Positions 7,605 to 17,499 of a stretch of DNA of 41,497 bases are shown here, piece after piece. The stretch's first letter is position 1; every line of letters starts with the position of its first letter. The notes beneath the pieces were generated by a model. The model had not been told where the DNA came from, did not search any database, and worked only from the letters and a program-made list of their open reading frames with translations. Origin of the DNA: a virus (taxonomy: Duplodnaviria > Caudoviricetes); IMG/VR virus record IMGVR_UViG_3300027265_000005, positions 1 through 41,497 of that record. One strand, written 5' to 3'. A program made the position numbers and the translations under genes.

Positions 7605-8009
7605 CTAGCGCGTCTTGACCGCGATGTCGACGAGGAGTGCGATGACGATGGCCCAAAACACACGGTCGGTGCGGTCGGTCAGCCAGCGAAACGGCTTCCA
7701 CATCACGTCGGCCTTCGCTTCCTCAACCGCCTCCATGCCCTTTACGTCAGCCTCCCACTGTTCGAGCTTGACGAGACGCCCGGAGTTCGCCCGAACTGTG
7801 CCGGCGATCGCGTCGACGTCAGATACAAGCTGGCGAACCGTGGGGCCTTGCGGGCACGTCATCTCGCGGGTGGCAGCGCGCTCGGACTCGGACTCGCGGT
7901 GAGCCTTGAACTCAGCCGATAGGACACCCACCTTCAAGTCGGTACTCGTCGCTACCTCGAGCACTTTGTCGACTTTTGAGCGTAGCTGGGCGACCTCATC
8001 GGGGCTCAT
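7605..8009 (-). CDS. coiled-coil protein with C-terminal TM helix (lysis cassette, holin/XhlA-like)
   Basis: MSPDEVAQLRSKVDKV...RVFWAIVIALLVDIAVKTR; follows the holin. Confidence 0.7.
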   Translation of the reverse strand: MSPDEVAQLRSKVDKVLEVATSTDLKVGVLSAEFKAHRESESERAATREMTCPQGPTVRQLVSDVDAIAGTVRANSGRLVKLEQWEADVKGMEAVEEAKADVMWKPFRWLTDRTDRVFWAIVIALLVDIAVKTR

Positions 8010-8013
8010 TGGG

Positions 8014-8214
8014 CTACTCCGTGTCGTCGTCGGGGGCATCGGGTGTGATGTTCTTGATCGCCAGGCCGGCGACTGCGCCGTACACGATGGCGAGGACGAT
8101 GACCGCATCCTTCGCCTGCTCGGGAGTGATGAGCCCAAACAGGGTAGCAACCGCGCAGGCAAGGCCCAGCACGATCGCCGCCCAGTAGATGAACTCCCGC
8201 ATGTTTGCTTTCAT
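8014..8214 (-). CDS. holin (2 TM helices, acidic C-tail)
   Basis: FIYWAAIVLGLACAVATLFGLI...AVIVLAIVYGAVAGLAI; directly after the endolysin; TAGGAGG SD. Confidence 0.8.
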   Translation of the reverse strand: MKANMREFIYWAAIVLGLACAVATLFGLITPEQAKDAVIVLAIVYGAVAGLAIKNITPDAPDDDTE

Positions 8215-8223
8215 CGTGACCTC

Positions 8224-8859
8224 CTAGATCGGCTTGTAGGCCGCCTTCTCGGCAGCGGTCCACTGGCTCGGACGCTTGGAGACTGTGTTCCACCCGTGCC
8301 ACGTCAGGATGCAGTTGACCATAGCGAGCACGAACGCATCACGGTGCTTGAGGAATGCGCGGGTGTCGCTCTTGTTGCTGCCGAAGAACATCTCCACGAG
8401 CACCGAATCCATGCCCGGATGAACGTCGAGCACGGCGAAGGTGTCGTTCCTGCGCGCGCCGCGGTTGCGGAGCCCGAGAGCGTGGGCGCCGTTCTTCGCC
8501 AACATCGCCGCGAGCTTCTGCGCGCGGTCGGTGCGATAGAACGTGCCGACTCCCGTTGACGTCGCGGTCAGCGAGTCCGTGTGGAACTCGATGAACAGGT
8601 CGCAGTCGTTCAGGGCGCAGTCGTTATCGGCGCGCGAGTACAGCCCCGAGTCGCGCAGCATGACAAACCCCTGCCCGGCAGCCGAGTAGACGGCTCGCAG
8701 GTCAGCCCTCACGGACTGACACATCTCGAGCGTGTAGTCGTCCTCGGTCTTGGCAGGGAGCCCGTCACCGATGACGTTGGCGCCTGAATCCGACTGACCA
8801 GGGTGACGCGAGCCCTCACCATGCCCGGCCGAAAGACCATCACGCGGGTTCTTCTTCAT
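8224..8859 (-). CDS. endolysin, N-acetylmuramoyl-L-alanine amidase (Amidase_3)
   Basis: SAGHG...DSGA...TEDDY...SR...FIEFHTDS...SVLVEMFFGSNKSD (H, E, H, E zinc/catalytic pattern). Confidence 0.88.
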   Translation of the reverse strand: MKKNPRDGLSAGHGEGSRHPGQSDSGANVIGDGLPAKTEDDYTLEMCQSVRADLRAVYSAAGQGFVMLRDSGLYSRADNDCALNDCDLFIEFHTDSLTATSTGVGTFYRTDRAQKLAAMLAKNGAHALGLRNRGARRNDTFAVLDVHPGMDSVLVEMFFGSNKSDTRAFLKHRDAFVLAMVNCILTWHGWNTVSKRPSQWTAAEKAAYKPI

Positions 8860-8863
8860 CGAA

Positions 8864-9067
8864 CTACACCCTCTTTCTCGCCGAGATCCTACGGAGAGTG
8901 AGCGCGAGCTGCACCTGGCGGATGAGCTTCGTGTCACCCTTCTCCTTGCCACGCTTCTTGAGCGCCATCAGGTCGAGGGTCTTGTCAGAGCGTACCATGC
9001 CAAGCCTCTCGGCGCGACGACGCAGACCGCCCTTGTTGCGGGTCGCCTCGTCGATCCAGTTGCTCAC
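8864..9067 (-). CDS. small basic phage protein (NWI..A....G.LR...QLALTL type)
   Basis: Very K/R-rich 67 aa; TAGGAGGG SD; pattern recalled from small basic phage proteins. Confidence 0.8.
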   Translation of the reverse strand: MSNWIDEATRNKGGLRRRAERLGMVRSDKTLDLMALKKRGKEKGDTKLIRQVQLALTLRRISARKRV

Positions 9068-9079
9068 GTCTCGGCCCTC

Positions 9080-9826
9080 CTACGCGGTTCGTACGGTGCG
9101 GTTCGCCGTGGTCCTGGTCGTAGCAGCAGGCTTCGGCTTCGGACCGAGCCCGCCCATGCTGCCGTAGCCGATGACGTTGCGCCCAGCGATGGAGCGCACC
9201 GCGATCGGGATGCCTCGGCCGGAGTTGTCTATCATCTTGCCATGCCCGATGTAGATGCCGACGTGACGGCCGGATCCCGACGCGCTCGAGCGGAAGTAGA
9301 TGGGGTCGCCCGGCTGGATACCGGAGAGCGAGGACGAGAAGCGGCCCTTGCGCCGGAACCATGCCATCTGTGATGCGGTGTCGCGCGGGATCCCGACGCC
9401 GTACTTGCGAGCGACGTCCTGCACGAACTTGGAGCAGTCGAACCCGCCGTAGTGGTAGGCGTTCACGCCGATGTAGGACTTGGCGATGCCGACCATCTCT
9501 TTGCTCGCCGTGTGCTTCGGCGCCACGAGGTTTGAGTTGTTGGCCGTTGGGGAAGCGCTCGTTCCCTTGAGATAGTCGGACGTACTCACGTCCTTGTAGG
9601 TATCTCGTACGGTGAACGGCTTGAGCGTGTAGTCGCGCATCGCGGCGATGGGATTGAGCGCGATGGTGTCCTGCTGCGCGAGAGTGGCGCCGCCGCCCGT
9701 CCGGGCGAGATGCCCGAGGATGTTCTGAGGAGTCAGAGACGCAGCGAGGTCCGGCCGCTCCACCCACGGGAAGGTGTAGGGCTGGGACGCGCTCGATGTC
9801 AGCCTCGGCAGGTTAGTTATCGGCAC
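9080..9826 (-). CDS. NlpC/P60 cell-wall peptidase (probably virion-associated)
   Basis: GFDCSKFV..GVGIPRDTASQ..IQPGDPIYF..HVGIYIGHGKMIDNS. Confidence 0.88.
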   Translation of the reverse strand: MPITNLPRLTSSASQPYTFPWVERPDLAASLTPQNILGHLARTGGGATLAQQDTIALNPIAAMRDYTLKPFTVRDTYKDVSTSDYLKGTSASPTANNSNLVAPKHTASKEMVGIAKSYIGVNAYHYGGFDCSKFVQDVARKYGVGIPRDTASQMAWFRRKGRFSSSLSGIQPGDPIYFRSSASGSGRHVGIYIGHGKMIDNSGRGIPIAVRSIAGRNVIGYGSMGGLGPKPKPAATTRTTANRTVRTA

Positions 9827-12800
9827 TCTTTATCATCCCTGCGTCCTTGAGCCTGCGGATCTCGTCTGTGAGCTGAGCACGCTGCTCGTAACCGTAGTTC
9901 TTCGTCAGCTTCGCCTTATCGTACGGCATCAGCTTGATACCGCCGAGCCACGAGAGCGCCTTGTAGCCGCGTGTTGGGCTGTTCTGCTCTAGGGACTTGC
10001 CGAGGTTCGCCATGAACGGCCACGAGTCGAGCAGCTTGATAGCCTTCGGGCTGCCGACGAGCTGGCCCTTCTTGTTGATTCCCATGCCCGCCGACTTGCG
10101 TACGGCCTTCCACCAGTCCTGATCGGCGAACGAGCGCTGCAGCCATTGTGCGTAGCCGGGCATCGGTTTGAGCTGACCGGGATACTCCTCGATGTCCTGT
10201 CCGAAGAACACATCCCTGTCCATGCCGAACTCTATCGGGAGCTTGAACAGCGGGTTCAGCGTCGAGATGAAGTCACGGAACGGCTCGTCGACGCTGTTGA
10301 GGTCTTGGAAGCCGAAGTTCGGGTTGAGCATGAGCGGGTTGCCCGACTTGTCCTTGAACGGCGTCAGAATCGGGATCATATCGCGCTGGTACTGGGGCAG
10401 CAGGTCCTTATCGAGCTTCACGCCGGCGGCCGACTCGCCGTTGTTCTGCAGCTTGCCGATCTCGCTGATCTTGGACGGCGTGTGAGCGAGCACGGAGAAC
10501 ATCTCGGGGACGTTTCTTAGTTTCCAGGTCGCAAAGGGGAAGAACATCCTTGCATACTGGCCGAACGCCGTGAGCGCTGCGGGGTCGTAGTTGTAGAGCA
10601 CCTTGTCGACCATGCGGCCGGCGATGCTCGTCGCGTTCTTGCGGAGTCCCCTGCTGGCGGCCTCGGTGTACGCCTGTTTGAACACGGCAAGGCGGCCCCA
10701 CTCCTCGGCGAACTCGTTGACGTTCGTGCCGAACTTGGCGAGCGGGTTGCCGAGAGCGCCGCGCATCCCCTGGTCGCGCATGATCTCGAACGCCTGGCCG
10801 CCTCGGAGTGCGCCGGAGTTGCGCGCGTCCTCGAGGAATGCGCCCAGCGTCTTGCCGACGCCCGGCACGATGTCGTCGAGGTGCTTGTCGATCTCGCCCG
10901 TCTGCATCCACGTCCGCACCTTGCCCGCCCACAGCCACGCCTCGGGGTTGCTGTACCCCTTCGTGTGCGCCAGATAGAAGTTCGAGAAGGTGTTGCGGAT
11001 CGGGAAGCCGGGGTTCATCACGGTAGCCCACTTGCGCCACTCGCTCGTGAACTTGTTGAAGTAGCCGAGCAGGCCGCGCATCGCGTCGTCGTTGATAAGC
11101 GGCTCGACGAGCTGGGCGACGGTGCGGGCGGTGTCCTTCTTGAGCGCGTACTTCACGCCGTCGACTTCGATGAGGTTAGCGAAGTCAAGCTCACGGTGCG
11201 CCGACTTGAACGCCTTGAGGGCATTCTCCTCGGTCGGCAGCTCGAGCCCTAGCCCGGTGGCGAGTGTACGCTCAAAGTCCTTCTTGGCGACAGCCCGCGT
11301 GGAAGCGTCCATGCGCTGCGCGAGGATGGTCGGTGCGTCGGTCAGCGTGTTGCGGTCCTCGAACAGCCTCTCAGCCAGCGAGTCGTAGGTGCGCTCTTTG
11401 GCGAAGGCGGGCTTGCCGCCGAACGGACGGCCGAACGTGCCGGCGCCCGGACCAGCGGCCTCGGGGAGCTTCGCCGCTTCGCCCGTCAATCCCTCGTACT
11501 TGAGGACTTCCGGTGCCGCCTTGCCGCCGTACATCGGGATGTAGCCCGCGCCTCGGCTGCCGTGACGGATACCGGCCGCAAGCTCCTCCTGCATGAGCTC
11601 GGCCATCTTGCCCTTGAAGATGGTCTGCATCGCGGTACGCGCCTGCGCGACCTCGGCGGTAGAGAGGTTCGGCACCATCTGTACGAGTGCCTTGTCGAAC
11701 GCGTCCCAGTCGAGTCGGTTGGCGACGTCATCCACCACGGCACGAGCCTCGTCGGCCACGTTTAGAGCACGCGGGAGTGTCCGGTCGTAGTCGATATAGC
11801 GAGCAACGGCGCCCGAGAGCTTTCTGACCTTCGCCTGTCCGCGCCCGTACTTGGTGGCGAACCCCTGGATCTCGCGTGCGATCTCGCCGACACGCCGCGG
11901 GTCAGGAGGAGCGACCTTGCGTACCGTCGGCTTTATGAACTTCGCATTGTCGGTACGCAGCTTGCCGCCAGCGATCTCGGCGAACACGTCGGGTTTGTTA
12001 CCCGGAAGCTGGCGCGTAATCATCTCGACGCCCTCGCCCGAGAACGGGTCGGCGTCGAGGTTGAACGCCTCACGCGGCTTCGTGTACCACTCGGCGAAGT
12101 CGTCGAGGTTTGCCTGATAGGCACGAGCGGTGTCGAGGTCGCCGGCGTCGAGAGCCGAACGCACGCGCCCGGCCAGCGTCTCCATGACCGCCTCGGGGTC
12201 ACGCTCGGCTATCTCGATGGCACGCGGCAGGTCGCCCGTCGTCTCGAACATCTGACGGGCAGCGTATGGGTTGTTGTCGTTCGCCTGCATGGTGGCCGAG
12301 GAAACACGCCGCAGCTCGTCCTCGAACGCCGTCTGCCACGAGCCGTACCGCTTCGGTTTCCCACCCGCTGTCATCACGATCGGCGTGCGAGAGGCCGTCT
12401 CAGCTGCCGATGCGCCTGCCGTCTGCATCGCGGTCTGCACGGGCGGCGCGGCTTCGGGAGTCAGCGGAGTCGGGCGGCCCTTGAACGGCTGCGTCTTGAC
12501 CTCGCGCTTCGTACCCTTCCGCAACGCCCAGCGCTCGGACGCGCGGATCTCGGTCTGCGCCTTCTTGAGCTGTTCGGCGATGGACTCCTGCGTGGTGGCG
12601 AGGTCGCCGAGACGCGCGAGAGCGTCGTCTATCGACTTCTCGAAGTCGGGTAGGCCGTCCACCAGGTCGACGCGCACGCCGGACTCTCGCAGCAGGTCCT
12701 TGAGCGCCTTGCGCCGCAGGTCCATCACCCGCGAGACTTCCTTGTTCGCGGTGTCGAGCGCGTCCAGCGCGGAGCCTACCTGCTCACGGAACGGCTCGGC

Positions 12801-13790
12801 AGCAGCGTCGAATGCCGCGGTGGACGCATCGCGCGTCCCCTTCGGGAGCTGGTCGAGCAGCTTGGTGGCTTCCTCGAGCGCGGCGTTGGCTCCCTTGCTC
12901 TGAGCCGACTGCATCGTGCGCGTGAGTTCGTTGAGCGCGGCACCCTCGAACGGGTCGACCGCGTGAGTGACCTTGTAGAACGGATCGAACGCGCCACCGA
13001 TAGCCAGCGCGGGCTTCGATGCTTGCGCCAGCTCGATGACATCCTTGACCTTCTGCGGAGTCACGGCGTCGAGAGCGGCCTGTGGGATGACCGACTTCCC
13101 CATGAACTTGAGGCCGCCCTTGTCGCCGATGGTCGCCATCGTGTCGGTCACGATGCCCTTCCACAAGGCAACCTTGTCGGCCTTCTCGAGCAGCCCGACC
13201 TTGACCAGCCCGCCCGCCTCACCGATGGCCGGAGCAAGATGCTCGAGGCCGTATCTCGTCGCGTTTGCGACGTCGAGGCCGTCAGTGGCTATACGACCCG
13301 CCTCGGCCAGCGAACGCAGCTTGACGAGCTTGTCAGCGCCCAGCGAGATGTATGTCACGGGGTCGGCCAATACGTCCCAGCCGAATCCCGCAACTGCCTT
13401 CGCCAGCTTGCCGAGAGTGTCGTTCTCGGCCGGGTTCCACCCGAGGTCGCCGATGATGTCGGATCCCGAGGTGTAGTGTTGACCGCCAAACGCCTTCTTC
13501 ATCTCGTCGAGGATGTCGACATCCACGTCGCTCGGCTTGTTGACGACGTTGTGGACGATGGCGTTGACGCCCGCGAGTGGAGTCTGCAACGGGCCTAGCA
13601 CGCGCTCGATGAAGTTCGGCTTGGACATGCCGGAAGGGAGCTTGCCGCCAGCCGCCGTCACCCTCGCCGACTGAGAGGCGATGGTCTTGAGCAGCTTACC
13701 AAGCTCATCTTCGGAAGAACCCGCCAGAACCGACTTCGAGGAAGTCGCCAACGGGTTCTTGAGCGGATTCTTGAGGAGCGGTGTTGCCAC
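9813..13790 (-). CDS. large internal virion/DNA-ejection protein (1325 aa)
   Basis: Position after the nozzle; DVLADPVTY, NPGFPIRNTFSN, FFPFATW, LNPLFKLPIE...DVFFGQDI motifs typical of large podophage ejection/LPD38-like proteins. Confidence 0.75.
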   Translation of the reverse strand: MATPLLKNPLKNPLATSSKSVLAGSSEDELGKLLKTIASQSARVTAAGGKLPSGMSKPNFIERVLGPLQTPLAGVNAIVHNVVNKPSDVDVDILDEMKKAFGGQHYTSGSDIIGDLGWNPAENDTLGKLAKAVAGFGWDVLADPVTYISLGADKLVKLRSLAEAGRIATDGLDVANATRYGLEHLAPAIGEAGGLVKVGLLEKADKVALWKGIVTDTMATIGDKGGLKFMGKSVIPQAALDAVTPQKVKDVIELAQASKPALAIGGAFDPFYKVTHAVDPFEGAALNELTRTMQSAQSKGANAALEEATKLLDQLPKGTRDASTAAFDAAAEPFREQVGSALDALDTANKEVSRVMDLRRKALKDLLRESGVRVDLVDGLPDFEKSIDDALARLGDLATTQESIAEQLKKAQTEIRASERWALRKGTKREVKTQPFKGRPTPLTPEAAPPVQTAMQTAGASAAETASRTPIVMTAGGKPKRYGSWQTAFEDELRRVSSATMQANDNNPYAARQMFETTGDLPRAIEIAERDPEAVMETLAGRVRSALDAGDLDTARAYQANLDDFAEWYTKPREAFNLDADPFSGEGVEMITRQLPGNKPDVFAEIAGGKLRTDNAKFIKPTVRKVAPPDPRRVGEIAREIQGFATKYGRGQAKVRKLSGAVARYIDYDRTLPRALNVADEARAVVDDVANRLDWDAFDKALVQMVPNLSTAEVAQARTAMQTIFKGKMAELMQEELAAGIRHGSRGAGYIPMYGGKAAPEVLKYEGLTGEAAKLPEAAGPGAGTFGRPFGGKPAFAKERTYDSLAERLFEDRNTLTDAPTILAQRMDASTRAVAKKDFERTLATGLGLELPTEENALKAFKSAHRELDFANLIEVDGVKYALKKDTARTVAQLVEPLINDDAMRGLLGYFNKFTSEWRKWATVMNPGFPIRNTFSNFYLAHTKGYSNPEAWLWAGKVRTWMQTGEIDKHLDDIVPGVGKTLGAFLEDARNSGALRGGQAFEIMRDQGMRGALGNPLAKFGTNVNEFAEEWGRLAVFKQAYTEAASRGLRKNATSIAGRMVDKVLYNYDPAALTAFGQYARMFFPFATWKLRNVPEMFSVLAHTPSKISEIGKLQNNGESAAGVKLDKDLLPQYQRDMIPILTPFKDKSGNPLMLNPNFGFQDLNSVDEPFRDFISTLNPLFKLPIEFGMDRDVFFGQDIEEYPGQLKPMPGYAQWLQRSFADQDWWKAVRKSAGMGINKKGQLVGSPKAIKLLDSWPFMANLGKSLEQNSPTRGYKALSWLGGIKLMPYDKAKLTKNYGYEQRAQLTDEIRRLKDAGMIKSADN

Positions 13791-13799
13791 GGTCGACTC

Positions 13800-14711
13800 C
13801 TAGTAGCGGCCCCACGACAGGAAGTTCAGCAGCGCGTTTCCGAAGTTCTGGCCGTTGAATCGTAGCCCGCCCTGCTGCGGGTTCGGGTTCTGCGAGATGA
13901 CGGATCCCATGCCCGCCTTGTACTGGTCGTACGACACCGGACCCGTGGTCTGAGCACCCGGAAGCGCAGGGTTGACGTTGCTGAGTCCGAGCCCCTGCGC
14001 GATGCTCGGGATGGTGGCCGGGTCGACGCCGTAGGCGCGGATGTAGTCGGCGATCTGAGCAGCGGTCGCGGGGTTCTTGTCCCACGCCGAGTAGATCTCG
14101 AACGCCTTGACGCGCTTCGCCATCTCCATCTGAGCGGCTTCCGCATCGGCAGCGGTCTTGAGCTGCTGCTGCTTGAGTGCTTCGCTGGCCGCCGTGGTGT
14201 CGACACCCTGCAACTGCAGCGCGAGGTTGAGGATGTCTCGCTGGCGCTGCGCGTCGTTGGTGGTCGAAGCGTCCTGGATCTGAGCGAGTCGTGAATCGCG
14301 GGTGTCAGCCGCGTTCTGCTGTGCGGCTGCCGCGGCACGGATGAGGTCGTCGACCTTGCCGTTGACCGTCGCGTCGAAGTTCGCGTAGTTCGCCTCGGAG
14401 GTCGACCCGATACCCGTGCCTCGGGCGGCCATCATGCGCGCGAGCCGGCCGACGTCCTGCGATGCCTGCTGGTTGATGTCGCGCTTGCCTGTGGCGAGCT
14501 GGTTGGCGATGTCGCGCTTCATCTTGTTGAACGCCGCGATTGCCGACTTCGTGCTGCCGGTGCCGTTGTACTTCGGCGCTCCACCCATGAGCCCTTCGGC
14601 TTCCTTGAGGTAGTCGGCGCGCGACTTGGTGGTGGAGGTCGTCTTGGACGCGGTGACGGTAGGAGATGCCGCCTTCGTGCCGGTGCCGTGATACCTGAGC
14701 CATGTCGCCAT
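13800..14711 (-). CDS. internal virion (ejection) protein, Ala/Gln-rich
   Basis: MMAARGTGIGSTS motif with helical flanks; TAGGAGG SD; synteny. Confidence 0.7.
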   Translation of the reverse strand: MATWLRYHGTGTKAASPTVTASKTTSTTKSRADYLKEAEGLMGGAPKYNGTGSTKSAIAAFNKMKRDIANQLATGKRDINQQASQDVGRLARMMAARGTGIGSTSEANYANFDATVNGKVDDLIRAAAAAQQNAADTRDSRLAQIQDASTTNDAQRQRDILNLALQLQGVDTTAASEALKQQQLKTAADAEAAQMEMAKRVKAFEIYSAWDKNPATAAQIADYIRAYGVDPATIPSIAQGLGLSNVNPALPGAQTTGPVSYDQYKAGMGSVISQNPNPQQGGLRFNGQNFGNALLNFLSWGRY

Positions 14712-14723
14712 GATTGACGCCTC

Positions 14724-14981
14724 CTAGAGCGACTTCCAGATGTACGAGTCGTCGGCCTGTTTGCGACAGATGAACACACTCTCCTCGGTGCCGCTCGCAC
14801 GCCGCCAGTATAGCAGGGTGCCAGCGTACTCGGCCGATGCCGTGGGGAGCGCGTCGACGATGGGGACTGAGAGGTAAGGTCCGGGCCCGATGGCACGCTT
14901 GAGAGCGGCCACGATCGCAGCGAAGTTGAGCCGCGATTCGAGGTCTTTCTGCGTGCGGTTCGGGACGTCGAACTTAGGCAT
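14724..14981 (-). CDS. small virion-associated protein (85 aa)
   Basis: Overlaps the nozzle stop; LPTASAEYAGTL...VFICRKQADDSYIWK resembles short tail-fibre motifs. Confidence 0.7.
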   Translation of the reverse strand: MPKFDVPNRTQKDLESRLNFAAIVAALKRAIGPGPYLSVPIVDALPTASAEYAGTLLYWRRASGTEESVFICRKQADDSYIWKSL

Positions 14982-16842
14982 ACTTCACCTTGCCCTCTCG
15001 GTAGGACACCCCGAGACGCGAGATGGTGGACTGCTGCGTCGTCTTGCCTTGCCCGGAGAGCAGTATGCCAAGCGCCTCGCCGCGAAGCATGAGGCTCTGC
15101 ACCAGCGCCTCGTCGTTGAGCAGCGTGACGTTGTGTGGGACCCACGCGCCGCCGTTGAGTGAGGTCGAGATGACGGCAGCGTCGAGGTTGTCGGTGCCGA
15201 TGCGCGCCGTGCGCCAGCGCTTGACGGCGAACGGGTTGCCCGATGTAAGGCGCTTCGACTCGACGAGGAAGTTGACCGGAGCCCCGTCCTCGCCGTCGAC
15301 GAACCCGTGGTAGGCGCGGTAGATGAAGCCGTCGGGAGCGCCGAAATACAGCTTTCCCGTGTCACCGTCGACCACGAAGTCGCCCACCTGCATGTCCTCG
15401 AACGTGTACCAGCACGCCCGGAGCAGGTCGTAGACGAGCATCTTGTCGCGGATGCCGTCGCCCGTCGAGTCGTACGCGAGGTGGTACTTGTTGTCGAAGA
15501 TGATGGCGCGCGGAGGGCAGGTGGTCGCACGAGCGACCTCGGCAACCTGGTCGGGGATCTTGAGCGAGAGGTTGGATACTCCGCTTCCTGTGAGCTGGTA
15601 GATGCCGTAGTCGCCCGCCGCGGCTTGCCCTAGGAAGATGTGCGTGCCGTTGTACTGCACGAGTGAGCCGTTGGAGACGCACCCTATACCCGGCACGAGC
15701 ATGTCGACCTTGCTGCCCGTCGAGTTCGGGCCGTCATCGCCCCACGAGTAGAGGTAGATGCTGCGCTCCTTGTAGACCACGCAGCCGCCAAGTAGTTCGC
15801 CGATGGCCGTGATGACCGAACCGTCGTCGACCTTGACACCCACGCTGCCGCCGTTTGCGACGTTGCTGCCGCTCCACGAGTCGTCAGGGTCGGTGATGCC
15901 CGGCGCGAAGGTGCCCGAGTAGTAGAGGAGCGAGGGCGCGTCGGGGTTGCCAGCGAGGAAGATGCAATCCTGGATCACGGTGATGTACTTCGCTTGCGGC
16001 GCGTTGCCGAGCGTCGTCGCCGCTCCCGAGCCGCCGTCCCACTTCTTCATATGAGCGTCAGGCCGCGGGATGTAGAGCGTGTCGTTGAACACCGCGAACT
16101 CCTGATCGAACACGTCGGTCGCAAAGGACGCGAGTGTGACCGTGGCACCGCCGGTGATGGTGGGGGTGATGTCGTAGATCTTCTTTCCGCAGGCAGCCAC
16201 CCACTTGACCGTGCCGGAACGCTTCTTGAAGCGCGTCAGGCCAGCGTAGGTGTACGTCTCAGAGAAGTGGTAGACGTAGATGTTGAGCTGTGGGACGTAG
16301 TAGTTCCGGTTGACTGTATCGTCGAGACTAGTCCCGTGTGCCGTGAGGACGTAATCGTCGGCAGCCATGCCATGCAGGTAGTAGGTGAACTTCCACGTCC
16401 CGTTCGCTTGTGGGAGCGCACGAGCCACGAATGAGGTAGTGGTGTTGCCTACGAGGTCGAACGAAACGTCGAGCGGCCCGATCGAAGCCGCGTCCCACTG
16501 GTCGTCTATCAGTTGGTCTGTCCCTCCGGGGAGAGGATGGCTCATGTCAGCCACGGCGAAGGTCCCGAGAATCGTGATCGTGCCGGGAACGGTGGTTGTG
16601 AATGATACTGTGCCCTCGAATGTGGCGATGTGCTGCACGGGCTTTATCAGCGTGGCGGTCGACGACACGCCTGTCGGCCATGCCCTGTGATGCCCGAGCC
16701 GCACGGCAAGCGGCTCACCATCGCCGCCGGGCACGAGGTTGACCATCCGCACGACCTCGTTGTCGGCGATTAGGTTGGGCGCGTGGAGCGAGTTGACGCC
16801 CCCCGACCAATCCTGCTGACTGGCGAGCTTCTTCTTGCTCAC
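14974..16842 (-). CDS. tail nozzle / tail tubular protein B (P22 gp10-like beta-propeller)
   Basis: DWSGGVNS..PNLIADNE..MVNL start; LYYSG, VVYKERSIY, GIGCVS, LVYDL..CWY, KLYFG repeats; GTG start at 16842. Confidence 0.8.
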   Translation of the reverse strand: MSKKKLASQQDWSGGVNSLHAPNLIADNEVVRMVNLVPGGDGEPLAVRLGHHRAWPTGVSSTATLIKPVQHIATFEGTVSFTTTVPGTITILGTFAVADMSHPLPGGTDQLIDDQWDAASIGPLDVSFDLVGNTTTSFVARALPQANGTWKFTYYLHGMAADDYVLTAHGTSLDDTVNRNYYVPQLNIYVYHFSETYTYAGLTRFKKRSGTVKWVAACGKKIYDITPTITGGATVTLASFATDVFDQEFAVFNDTLYIPRPDAHMKKWDGGSGAATTLGNAPQAKYITVIQDCIFLAGNPDAPSLLYYSGTFAPGITDPDDSWSGSNVANGGSVGVKVDDGSVITAIGELLGGCVVYKERSIYLYSWGDDGPNSTGSKVDMLVPGIGCVSNGSLVQYNGTHIFLGQAAAGDYGIYQLTGSGVSNLSLKIPDQVAEVARATTCPPRAIIFDNKYHLAYDSTGDGIRDKMLVYDLLRACWYTFEDMQVGDFVVDGDTGKLYFGAPDGFIYRAYHGFVDGEDGAPVNFLVESKRLTSGNPFAVKRWRTARIGTDNLDAAVISTSLNGGAWVPHNVTLLNDEALVQSLMLRGEALGILLSGQGKTTQQSTISRLGVSYREGKVKYA

Positions 16843-16844
16843 GG

Positions 16845-17486
16845 CTAGTACACCCCCGCCGGCGTCTGCGTCGAGGACGTCAGGCCGTCGAGGAACTGCG
16901 CCCGGAGCCTGTCGGCCGTGTCGTACTCCTGGTCCTTGAGGCACATCTGCCACGCGGCGTAGATGGCTACCGTCTCGCAGGCATCGCGGTTGAGGTCAGG
17001 CATGTCAGTACCGTTGACGAGAAGCGCCTGCTGCTTGCGGTAGAGCACCGAAAGCGTCTTGCCGAGATCCAGCTCGGTGAACGTCGGGTAGACGTACAGC
17101 GTCTCGCCGATGATGTAGTAGGCGTACGGCGTGCCTGTGTCGAGGATGTCGGGCAGGCTTGTCGGCAGGATGGGGGTCAGGCGCGTGTCATCGAGTCTGA
17201 CCTCCTGCACGAGCGCGTCCCCGTTGGCGAGCAGCGGATCCACCAGCGCGTAGTCGGCGTGATAGCTCGCGCTGTCGTCCCCGCCGTCAGCAGCAACGGT
17301 GGTCTGCATGTCGAACAGACCTACACCGCCCTCTTTGGCGACTCGGGCGATGCCGAGGTTGACGAGCGTGCCGACCCGAGCGCGCGTGAACACGTCGGAT
17401 TCCTGGTAGTCGGCCATGAAGAACGCATGGTCGATCATCTCGTCGAACGTCATCGGCTGCGTGGCACTTGTGACCGGAATCGTCAT
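16845..17486 (-). CDS. head-tail adaptor / tail tubular protein A
   Basis: MTFDEMIDHA...GTPYAYYIIGETLYVYPT...AIYAAWQM..KDQEYD.AD...QF pattern; precedes the nozzle. Confidence 0.75.
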   Translation of the reverse strand: MTIPVTSATQPMTFDEMIDHAFFMADYQESDVFTRARVGTLVNLGIARVAKEGGVGLFDMQTTVAADGGDDSASYHADYALVDPLLANGDALVQEVRLDDTRLTPILPTSLPDILDTGTPYAYYIIGETLYVYPTFTELDLGKTLSVLYRKQQALLVNGTDMPDLNRDACETVAIYAAWQMCLKDQEYDTADRLRAQFLDGLTSSTQTPAGVY

Positions 17487-17499
17487 CTCAAGTCTCCCA

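Noticed and set aside
9813-9840. Programmed frameshift fusing the ejection protein to NlpC/P60
   Set aside because: The genes overlap by 14 bp but there is no X XXY YYZ slippery heptamer; ordinary coupling is enough.
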